A stretch of 32,000 bases of DNA from Acidobacteriota bacterium (GTDB taxonomy: Bacteria > Pseudomonadota > Alphaproteobacteria > Caulobacterales > Hyphomonadaceae): positions 85,778 to 117,777 of the forward strand of contig JADJRB010000010.1 in assembly GCA_016712445.1 (NCBI GenBank), given 5' to 3'. Positions 24,509-32,000 of this stretch are shown piece after piece. Within the stretch, counting starts at the first letter, position 1. Each line of letters opens with the position of its first letter. Under the pieces are notes generated by a model that was not told the DNA's origin, did no database searches, and saw only the letters and a list, made by a program, of their open reading frames with translations. The position numbers and the translations under genes are program-made.

Positions 24509-25555
24509 ATGACTCTAAAAGACCGGCTGGTTCGCCTGATCGAAAGCGGCGGGCCGATCCCGCTTTCAACCTACATGCAGATTGCCCTGCACGACCCGAA
24601 GGGCGGCTATTACGCCGCGCGTCCGGGTATCGGGCGCGATTTCACGACGGCGCCCGAAACCAGCCAGGTGTTCGGCGAATTGCTCGGGCTGTGGCTGGTG
24701 CATGAATGGCGGGCGCTGGGATCGCCGGCAGCGTTCCAGCTGGTCGAGATCGGACCGGGGCGCGGCCAGCTGATGCTCGACGCCCTGCGCGCGGCAGGCA
24801 CAGCGGGCGGCGACGAGTTCGCCAGCGCGATGCGGCTGGTGTTCATCGAGCCGAGCCCGTTATTGCAAGCGGAGCTCAAGGCGCTGTTCGCGCCCTCGAA
24901 GCCGGAGTTCGCGTCAAAGCTGGCGGAGGTCGCCGATGGCCCTGCCCTGATCGTCGCCAACGAGTATCTGGATTGCCTGCCCGCCCGCCAGTTCCGCAAG
25001 GCCGGCGAGGCCTGGCACGAATGCGTGATCGGGCTGGACAGCGCGGGCGCGCTGGTGTTCGGCCTCGCTGCCGACGAGCCGCGCCCGCCGCATGAGATGG
25101 CGCCCTCCGGTGACACCGTCGAGGTGCAGGCGGGGCTGGACCTGATCGTGGCGGATCTTGTCTCCCGCACGGCCCCGGTGCGGGCCCTGTTCATCGACTA
25201 TGGCCCGGATGACCGGGCGCCCGGCGACACTTTGCGGGCTTACCGGCGCGGCGCGCAGGTCTCGCCCCTTGAAGCGCCGGGCGAGACCGACCTGACCGTC
25301 GATGTCGATTTCGGGCGGCTGGCACGGCTCGCCCGCTCGGCCGGGCTCGACGTGGCCGGCCCCGCGCCGCAGGGCATGTTCCTGCTCGGCCTCGGCGCGC
25401 AGGCGCGGCTGAACCAGCTCGTCACCGCCAATCCGGAGGACGGCGAAGCGCTGTTCAACGCGGCGCGCAAGCTGATCGACCCGAAAGACATGGGCGCCCG
25501 CTTCAAGGCAATCTGCCTGTCCTCGGCCGGGCTGGCGAAGCCGGCAGGTTTCTGA
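24509..25555 (+). CDS. Class I SAM-dependent methyltransferase, MidA/NDUFAF7 family
   Basis: ISTYMQIALHDPKGGYYAARPGIGRDFTTAPETSQVFGELLGLWLVHEW...LVEIGPGRGQLMLDALRAA...VANEYLDCLPARQF. Confidence 0.93.
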   Translation: MTLKDRLVRLIESGGPIPLSTYMQIALHDPKGGYYAARPGIGRDFTTAPETSQVFGELLGLWLVHEWRALGSPAAFQLVEIGPGRGQLMLDALRAAGTAGGDEFASAMRLVFIEPSPLLQAELKALFAPSKPEFASKLAEVADGPALIVANEYLDCLPARQFRKAGEAWHECVIGLDSAGALVFGLAADEPRPPHEMAPSGDTVEVQAGLDLIVADLVSRTAPVRALFIDYGPDDRAPGDTLRAYRRGAQVSPLEAPGETDLTVDVDFGRLARLARSAGLDVAGPAPQGMFLLGLGAQARLNQLVTANPEDGEALFNAARKLIDPKDMGARFKAICLSSAGLAKPAGF

Positions 25556-25616
25556 CGCGCCTATTGGCGTTCGCTCCGAAAGCCCCATGTTAGGGTCCGA
25601 AAGACGAGGTGCGCAC

Positions 25617-26621
25617 GTGGCGGAACTTTCCATTCTTGAGCTGGGGCGCGTGCGCGAGGGATTTACCCGCGCCGATGCCCTGAATGAGGCGCGCCGACTC
25701 GCCCAGCATGCCGAGGGGCTTGGCTACAAGCGCTTCTGGGTGGCCGAGCATCACAACATGTCGGCGGTGACGACGGCGGCGACGTCGCTGGTGGTTTCGC
25801 ACATCGCGGCGGGCACGAAGACGATCCGCGTGGGCGCGGGCGGCATCATGTTGCCGAACCATGCGCCCTACGTGATCGCCGAACAGTTCGGCACGCTGGA
25901 AGCCCTGTATCCGGGCCGCATCGATCTCGGGCTCGGGCGCGCTCCGGGCACTGACCAGCTGACGCTGCGCGCGCTACGGCGCGACGGCATGGCAGCGGAG
26001 AATTTCCAGCAGGACGTGCTTGAGCTGCAGGCCTGGCTCGGCCCGGTGGCGCCGGGCCAGCGGATCGAGGCGGTGCCAGGATCGAACTCCAATGTGCCGC
26101 TGTGGATCCTTGGCTCCAGTCTTTACGGCGCGCAGATGGCCGCGGCCTACGGCTTCCCGTTCGGCTTTGCCTCACACTTTGCGCCGCAGATGCTGGACCA
26201 AGCGCTGGCGATCTACCGGCAGAGCTACCGGCCCTCGAAGCAGCAGCCGAAGCCCTATGCGCTGATCGGCGTCAACATCATCGCGGCGGAGTCGGACGAA
26301 GAGGCGAAATACCTCGCCACCTCGCAGCAGATGTCGTTCGCCAATCTCGTGCGCGGCGAACGCAAGCTGATGCAGAAACCGATCGACGACATCGACACCT
26401 ACTGGACGCCGCAGGAAAAAATGCAGGCCTCGCACATGCTGAACTTCAGCATCGTGGGAAATGCCGAAACCGTCCGTACCGGGATTAACCGCCTGCTGGA
26501 GCGCACAGAGGCCGATGAGCTGATGGTCGTCTCCGACATGTACGACCAGGACAAGCGCCGGCGATCTTTCGAGATCATCGCGGGCGTGATGGCGGACCTG
26601 AAAGTGGGCGCCAGCGCCTGA
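25617..26621 (+). CDS. LLM class flavin-dependent oxidoreductase
   Basis: ARRLAQHAEGLGYKRFWVAEHHNMSAVTTAATSLVVSHIAAGTKTIRVGAGGIMLPNHAPYVIAEQFGTLEALYPGRIDLGLGRAPGTD. GTG start. Confidence 0.93.
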   Translation: MAELSILELGRVREGFTRADALNEARRLAQHAEGLGYKRFWVAEHHNMSAVTTAATSLVVSHIAAGTKTIRVGAGGIMLPNHAPYVIAEQFGTLEALYPGRIDLGLGRAPGTDQLTLRALRRDGMAAENFQQDVLELQAWLGPVAPGQRIEAVPGSNSNVPLWILGSSLYGAQMAAAYGFPFGFASHFAPQMLDQALAIYRQSYRPSKQQPKPYALIGVNIIAAESDEEAKYLATSQQMSFANLVRGERKLMQKPIDDIDTYWTPQEKMQASHMLNFSIVGNAETVRTGINRLLERTEADELMVVSDMYDQDKRRRSFEIIAGVMADLKVGASA

Positions 26622-26749
26622 GCGCTGTTTCGGCGCGCAAGAAGCAAGAACAGTGATCACTGGCGCAAACGCTTGCGGGCCAATTACCTGTTTTGTAGGC
26701 TGAATCCCTTATTCCTCCCAGATACAGGTTTTCTGCCATACTTCGTCAG

Positions 26750-27295
26750 GTGCTCCAGCAGGCCACGGGCAGCGATCATGCCCGACTGGACGGACTTGTG
26801 TCCGGACTCGATTTCGCGAACGAGGCGAACTACCGGCGATTCCTGACATCGACGCATGCCGCGCTAGCGGGGCTTGAGCAGCAGCTGGAACGGTCGAATG
26901 TGTCGGGTCTGCTGCAGGACTGGGCGCAGCGGCGGCGGCGGTTCGCGCTGGCAGAGGATCTCGGCGCCCTTGGCGCGGATGCCGGCCAGCCCATGCAGGG
27001 ACCATCAAAAGGCAAGCTGACCAGCGATGAAATGCTGGGCACGCTCTACGTGTTGGAAGGCAGCCGGCTGGGGGCAACTGTGCTCGCCGCCCGCGCGGCC
27101 GACTCTTCAAGCGCCGCGGTGCGCGATAATGTCCGCTACCTGACACATGGCAGGGACGGCCGCTTCTGGCGTTCCTTTCTCTCGCTGCTGGCCGACGCTT
27201 CGGCGGTTGATACCCAACCGATGATCGCAAGTGCGCACGCCGCATTCGCGATCTTTACCCGCGCCTTCGAGGCGCAGGGAGCCGCTTTACGGTGA
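26750..27295 (+). CDS. bphO: Biliverdin-producing heme oxygenase
   Basis: ATGSDHARLDGLVSGLDFANEANYRRFLTSTHAAL...LGTLYVLEGSRLGATVLA. Overlaps the downstream bacteriophytochrome gene by 4 bp. Confidence 0.85.
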   Translation: MLQQATGSDHARLDGLVSGLDFANEANYRRFLTSTHAALAGLEQQLERSNVSGLLQDWAQRRRRFALAEDLGALGADAGQPMQGPSKGKLTSDEMLGTLYVLEGSRLGATVLAARAADSSSAAVRDNVRYLTHGRDGRFWRSFLSLLADASAVDTQPMIASAHAAFAIFTRAFEAQGAALR

Positions 27296-29844
27296 ATGAC
27301 AACTTAGCGACACAACCGGCAACGTTGAGCAATTGCGACGTTGAGCCGATCCATATTCCGGGAACGATCCAGGCGATCGGTTGCCTGCTGGCCTGTGACC
27401 CGGACAGCTTCGTCATCCGGCATGCGTCCACCAACACTGAAGACCTGCTGGGTCTCGGCGCGGGAAGCGTGATCGGCGCATCGCTCGACGATGTGCTGGG
27501 CCGGGAGATCGGCCACGAGGTGCGCAACAGCCTTGCCCGCTCGCCGGACCCGTCGCGGCCCGGCCTGCTGTTCCGGCAGAACGCCAGCGGCGGCCGCGCC
27601 TTCGATATCGTGGCTCACATGCATGATGGCCGCGTGATCATTGAACTGAAACCTGCGGCGCCGCAGTCCGATCCGGCATCGCTGGAACTCGCGCGCACGA
27701 TCATCCGGCGGCTGGGTGCGGAGACGCGGCTGTCGCAGCTCTTGCGCAATGCGCCGCGGCTGCTGTTCGGCGCGCTGAAGTACGACCGCGTGATGGTCTA
27801 CCGCTTCGCCGAGAATGGCGCCGGCCAGGTGGTGGCAGAGACGAAGCGCGCCGACCTCGAGAGCTTTTCGGGCCAGTGGTTCCCGGCGAGCGACATTCCG
27901 GCCCAGGCGCGTGCGCTCTACTTGCGCAACACGATCCGCGTGGTGTCTGATGCATCAGGCGAGACGGTGCCGATCCTGCCGGTGACCGATGCGGACGGCC
28001 GCCCGATCGACCTCAGCTATGCCCACCTGCGAAGCGTCTCGCCGATCCACTGCGAATATCTGCGCAACATGGGCGTCGCCGCGTCGATGTCGGTGTCGAT
28101 CATCGTCGAGGGAAAGCTCTGGGGACTGATTGCCTGCCACCACTATTCGCCGCGCGCCCTGTCGCTGGCCGAACGGATGAACATCGAGCTGATCGGTGAC
28201 TGTTTCTCGATGCAGGTGGAGTCGCTGATTTCCCGCGAACTGCTGCAGGCAGCTGCCAAGGTGCGCGCCGCGCTGGGCGACATCCTTCTGCGCATCGTCG
28301 ACGAGCCGCGCCCTGACCTGCTGCTGCGCGCGCGGATCGATGACATGGCGAAACTGATCCCCAGCGACGGCGCCGCGCTCTGGCTGGAGGGCGAAGCGGA
28401 GCGGTCCGGTCGTACGCCTGCGGACGATATCCTGCAGCAGGTCGCGCGCCTGGCAGAGTCTGAAGCGCCCGGGCAAGTGTGGGCTACCGACCGACTGTCG
28501 ACGCGGCTGGAAGGGCCGATGCCCGGCGGGCCGGCGGGCGTGCTTGCCATTCCGCTGTCGAAGGCGGCCGGCGACTACCTGTTCTATTTCCGCAAGGAAG
28601 TGGTCGAGACGATCGAATGGGGCGGCGATCCGAACAAGGCCTACACGACCGGCCCGAACGGCGACCGACTGACGCCGCGCGTCAGTTTCGCAATCTGGAA
28701 GGAAGAAGTACGCGGACAATCCCAGCCCTGGACGGCGCAGGTGCTCGAAGCGGCAGAAGGCATCAGGATTGCGTTGATGGAAATCACGCTGCGCCAGACG
28801 GCGCTTTTGCAAGCGGAACGCCAGCAGGCCGAGGTGCGCCAGCGCCGGCTGAACGACGAGCTGAACCACCGCGTCAAGAACATCCTTGCCCTGATTCGCT
28901 CGCTGCTGCGCCAGTCGAAGGACGATGGCCGCTCGCTGGCAGACTATGTCTCGACGCTGGAAGGGCGCATCATGTCGCTCGCCAAGGCGCACGACCAGGT
29001 CTGGCATGGCAGCGAAGGCGGCCACCTGAAGAGCCTCGTCGAGACCGAGCTGTCGCCCTATCACGGCCGGGGCGCGGTGATTGAGCTGCAAGGCCCGCCG
29101 GTCGTGCTGGATGCACGGGCGTTTTCGGTGGTTGCACTGGTCGTGCACGAGCTGGCGACGAACGCGGCGAAGTATGGATCCATCTCTTCCGACCACGGAC
29201 GGCTCGATATCGCCTGGCGCTTGAACGATTCCGGCGACTGCGTGATCGAGTGGACTGAAAGCGGCGGGCCGCCGGTCACGCCGCCGAAGCGCAAGGGCTT
29301 TGGCTCGACGCTGATCGACCGCAGCATTCCGTTTGACCTGCAGGGCGAGGTCGACCTCGCCTACAGGCCGGAGGGCCTGCGGGCATCGATCCGGATCCCC
29401 GCGCCATTTGTCTCGGTGGCAGAGGCAGCGCCGGCCTCGGCCGCCTCCCCTGCCCAGCGCAAGGCGCCGCGCGTGTCGCTCGCGGGCCTGAACATGCTCG
29501 TGGTCGAAGACCAGTTCGTGGTGGCGCTGGAGATGGAGGACCTCCTCCTCAAGCTGGGCGCGGAGACCGTCGAAGTGGCCGCGACCCCCGCCAACGCGCT
29601 GGCCGCCATCCGCCGGCAGAAGCCGGATGTCGCACTGCTCGACGTGAACCTCGGCGGGTCGTCATCGATCGAGGTCGCGCGCACGCTGATCGGCGCCGGG
29701 GTGCCGGTGCTGTTCACGACCGGCTATGCCGACAATGCGCATATCCCGCCGGAACTGCAGGCGGTGCCGGTGCTGCGCAAGCCCTACACGTCGGCCCTGC
29801 TGTCCGCTGCGCTCGAACGCCTGCTGCGCGGGCGCGCGGTCTGA
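27292..29844 (+). CDS. bphP: Bacteriophytochrome: PAS-GAF-PHY, HWE-type histidine kinase and C-terminal receiver domain
   Basis: SNCDVEPIHIPGTIQAIGCLLAC (biliverdin Cys15), FPASDIPAQARALYLRNTIR, PRVSF in PHY (PRxSF), ELNHRVKNILALIRSLLRQ (HWE), HELATNAAKYGSI, and REC MLVVEDQFVVALE...VALLDVNLGG...VPVLRKPY. Confidence 0.95.
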   Translation: MNDNLATQPATLSNCDVEPIHIPGTIQAIGCLLACDPDSFVIRHASTNTEDLLGLGAGSVIGASLDDVLGREIGHEVRNSLARSPDPSRPGLLFRQNASGGRAFDIVAHMHDGRVIIELKPAAPQSDPASLELARTIIRRLGAETRLSQLLRNAPRLLFGALKYDRVMVYRFAENGAGQVVAETKRADLESFSGQWFPASDIPAQARALYLRNTIRVVSDASGETVPILPVTDADGRPIDLSYAHLRSVSPIHCEYLRNMGVAASMSVSIIVEGKLWGLIACHHYSPRALSLAERMNIELIGDCFSMQVESLISRELLQAAAKVRAALGDILLRIVDEPRPDLLLRARIDDMAKLIPSDGAALWLEGEAERSGRTPADDILQQVARLAESEAPGQVWATDRLSTRLEGPMPGGPAGVLAIPLSKAAGDYLFYFRKEVVETIEWGGDPNKAYTTGPNGDRLTPRVSFAIWKEEVRGQSQPWTAQVLEAAEGIRIALMEITLRQTALLQAERQQAEVRQRRLNDELNHRVKNILALIRSLLRQSKDDGRSLADYVSTLEGRIMSLAKAHDQVWHGSEGGHLKSLVETELSPYHGRGAVIELQGPPVVLDARAFSVVALVVHELATNAAKYGSISSDHGRLDIAWRLNDSGDCVIEWTESGGPPVTPPKRKGFGSTLIDRSIPFDLQGEVDLAYRPEGLRASIRIPAPFVSVAEAAPASAASPAQRKAPRVSLAGLNMLVVEDQFVVALEMEDLLLKLGAETVEVAATPANALAAIRRQKPDVALLDVNLGGSSSIEVARTLIGAGVPVLFTTGYADNAHIPPELQAVPVLRKPYTSALLSAALERLLRGRAV

Positions 29845-29875
29845 CCGGGACGTCTGATCGCAGGGCGGCGCGGCA

Positions 29876-31198
29876 ATGACTCTGGACAGCGCAGGGCGAA
29901 GCGATTCAAGACAGACGCGGCAAGCAAGGGATGGCTCCGTGGTTCGATTCTTCAGGTTGATGGCCGGACTGCTCGCCGCCGCGATGGGATTCGGGTTGCA
30001 GCCCGCGAGCGCGCTCGATATCCGGCTCGCCGGCTTCACCTCCCCCACGCTGATTGCGCAGGCACAACTGCTGCGCCTTGACGCGACCTTGCAACAGGCC
30101 ATGGGCACCGGGGATTTCGTCGGGCTTGCGGTTGCCGTGGTGCGCAATGGCGAAGTCACATTCCTGCACACTTACGGCGAGACCGAGACCGGCACAGGCG
30201 AGGCCGTCACGGCGGACACAGTGTTCCGGATTGCCTCGCTGTCGAAAGGCTTTGCCTCAAGCATGGTGGGGCTCGCGGCGTCGGAGGGCCGCCTCTCGCT
30301 GGATGCCCCGGTCTCCGGCTTTGCGCCGGAGCTGGCGCTGCCGGGCGGCGGCGAGAAGACGCTCACCCTGGCAAGTCTTCTCAGCCAGCGCACGGGCCTG
30401 CCGCCGAACGCGTATGACAACCTGCTGGAAGAGGGTATCGAACCCGTCCGCATACTGCCGATGTACCGCAAGGTGAAACCGACCTGCGCGGCCGCGTCGT
30501 GCTATGCCTACCAGAACGTCACCTACGATCTTTCCGGGCGGGCGCTCGCGGCCGCCTATGGCGAGAGCTATCCGGAACTGGTCGGGGAACGCCTGTTCGC
30601 GCGCCTTGGCATGACAACCGCGTCCTACGGGCTGGACGGGCTCACCCATACCGGCAACTGGGCGCGCCCGCACACGCGCGCGCGCCAGAGGGACCCCGCC
30701 CTGCCGCCGAATCCCTGGACGCGGCTGGAGGTGAAACTCCCCTACTATGCCATCCCGGCGGCGGGCGGCGTGAATGCCTCGATCAAGGACATGGCGCAGT
30801 GGCTGAATGCCCAGCTCGGCCATGCGCCGGATGTGCTACCGCCGGAGGTGCTGGACCTCATCCACACGCCGCAGGTGGCGACGCCTACCGAGACGCAGCG
30901 CATGCGCGACGTGATGCCGGCGCTGGCGGCATCGCACTATGCTTATGGCTGGCGCGTGTATGACTATGCGGGCCGCACGGTGGTGGCGCATGGCGGCTCG
31001 GTCGACGGCTACGGCGCCCACATCATGTTCCTGCCGGATGAGGATACCGGCATCGTGGTCCTGTCGAACACGCGCACGCGCCGCATGTGGGCCATCGCGC
31101 CGATGTTCATGGACCTGACGCTCGGCCTCGAGCCGAAGGACTGGCTGGGACTGGAGCCGGAGCCGCCGGTACACGATGAGCGCGTCGCGGCGCCGTGA
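29876..31198 (+). CDS. Serine hydrolase, class C beta-lactamase-like family
   Basis: FRIASLSKGFASSMVGL (SxxK), QNVTYDLSG and VVAHGGSVDGYGAHIMFLPDEDTGIVVLSN. A later start such as the one near 29930 is possible. Confidence 0.88.
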   Translation: MTLDSAGRSDSRQTRQARDGSVVRFFRLMAGLLAAAMGFGLQPASALDIRLAGFTSPTLIAQAQLLRLDATLQQAMGTGDFVGLAVAVVRNGEVTFLHTYGETETGTGEAVTADTVFRIASLSKGFASSMVGLAASEGRLSLDAPVSGFAPELALPGGGEKTLTLASLLSQRTGLPPNAYDNLLEEGIEPVRILPMYRKVKPTCAAASCYAYQNVTYDLSGRALAAAYGESYPELVGERLFARLGMTTASYGLDGLTHTGNWARPHTRARQRDPALPPNPWTRLEVKLPYYAIPAAGGVNASIKDMAQWLNAQLGHAPDVLPPEVLDLIHTPQVATPTETQRMRDVMPALAASHYAYGWRVYDYAGRTVVAHGGSVDGYGAHIMFLPDEDTGIVVLSNTRTRRMWAIAPMFMDLTLGLEPKDWLGLEPEPPVHDERVAAP

Positions 31199-31306
31199 AC
31201 CGATCCTGAAAAAATGGACACGGGCGCAGCTGAGCCGCGCGCGGAACGATTCGCGGAACGGGACGTAGCATCTGCATCCCCAAACCCGCAGAGAAGGAGT
31301 CAGCAA

Positions 31307-31870
31307 ATGACCCATCACACCGATTCCAGAACAGTAGCCATTCTCGCCGCCGACGGGTTCGAGCAAGTCGAACTCACCTCGCCGCGCGACAGGCTGCAGG
31401 AGACCGGCGTGAAGACGCACATCGTGTCGCTGAAGGGCGGCACGATCCAGGCCAACAAGCACCGCGAGCATGGCGACACATTCGAGGTCGATGTCACGCT
31501 CGATAAGGCAAAGCCTTCTGATTATGACGCCCTCTTGATCCCCGGCGGCCTGTTCAGCCCGGATGCACTGCGCACAGATCAGAGGGTGCAAAGCTTCGTG
31601 AAGGCATTCTTCGACGCCAGGAAACCTGTGTTTGCGATCTGCCACGGGCCTCAGGTGCTGATTTCGGCGGGCGTGGTCCGTGGGCGGAGCATGACCGCCG
31701 TGAAGGCTGTGCAGAAGGACCTGGAAAATGCCGGCGCCAAGGTCAGCGATGAGGCCGTGGTGGTAGACGCCGGCCTCGTGACCTCACGCACGCCGGACGA
31801 TCTCGACCAGTTCAATGCGCGCATCGTTTCGGAACTGGCGCGGGCAGAGACCGCCTCGCAGAGTCGCTGA
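31307..31870 (+). CDS. Type 1 glutamine amidotransferase-like protein, DJ-1/PfpI family
   Basis: VAILAADGFEQVELTSPRDRLQETGVKTHIVSL...DYDALLIPGGLFSPDALR...FFDARKPVFAICHGPQVLISAGVVRGR. Confidence 0.94.
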   Translation: MTHHTDSRTVAILAADGFEQVELTSPRDRLQETGVKTHIVSLKGGTIQANKHREHGDTFEVDVTLDKAKPSDYDALLIPGGLFSPDALRTDQRVQSFVKAFFDARKPVFAICHGPQVLISAGVVRGRSMTAVKAVQKDLENAGAKVSDEAVVVDAGLVTSRTPDDLDQFNARIVSELARAETASQSR

Positions 31871-31926
31871 GGCCGGCGCCAGCGTTCATCGATCATTGGA
31901 GCGGGACCGAAAGCAGCCCAAGCCGC

Positions 31927-32000
31927 TCAGCGCGTGTCCGGCCGTTCGATCGCTTCGATGACAGGCGTGAGGAAATCCGCGAGCGGCGCCGCGATGCGGA
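31927..32000 (-). CDS. C-terminal fragment of a CDS cut by the right edge, product unknown
   Basis: The minus strand is open from the window edge and reads RIAAPLADFLTPVIEAIERPDTR, then a stop. Confidence 0.35.
   Translation of the reverse strand, partial: RIAAPLADFLTPVIEAIERPDTR

Noticed and set aside
27955-29196. 413-aa - strand ORF antisense to bphP
   Set aside because: Shadow ORF with His/Arg/Gln-rich composition; the sense frame has unambiguous phytochrome and kinase motifs.
1-32000. CRISPR arrays, phage genes, transposases, toxin-antitoxin pairs or restriction systems
   Set aside because: No spaced direct repeats, Cas, integrase, transposase, methylase/endonuclease or toxin-like products were seen in any frame by inspection. 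Small novel families cannot be excluded without database searches.

Overview
The window looks like an ordinary chromosomal segment of an alphaproteobacterium, probably from the Hyphomonas/Caulobacter lineage (inferred from a SciP/DUF1153 gene next to flagellar genes, a CtrA-type box and DUF445/phasin/HU types). Most genes are housekeeping: clpA-clpS, a DUF1499 protein, a TPR protein, a phasin, a D-Ala-D-Ala carboxypeptidase, kdsD, a SIMPL protein, tRNA(CAU), DUF445, a FlaA1/CapD-like dehydratase, phhA, HU, a phosphotransferase, a COQ9-like protein, proC, YbjN, a UbiK/BMFP protein, lgt, a MidA-like methyltransferase, an LLM oxidoreductase, bphO-bphP, a beta-lactamase-like serine hydrolase and a DJ-1/PfpI protein. 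The most unusual element is a tightly coupled four-gene cluster on the minus strand at 16063-18309. It encodes a much shortened FliF-like protein (222 aa), FliG, a short FliH/FlbE-like protein and FliN. A perfect TTAA-N7-TTAA CtrA box and a GANTC site lie upstream, and sciP is next to it. It may be a reduced flagellar switch module or a decaying flagellar operon. Other points of note are a tandem DUF1428 fusion in a probable MarR-controlled detoxification operon, HU with a histone-H1-like N-terminal tail, a palindrome-of-palindromes repeat, and several sharp inverted repeats in promoter regions, two of which suggest leaderless transcripts. I found no CRISPR array, prophage, transposase or clear defence system.
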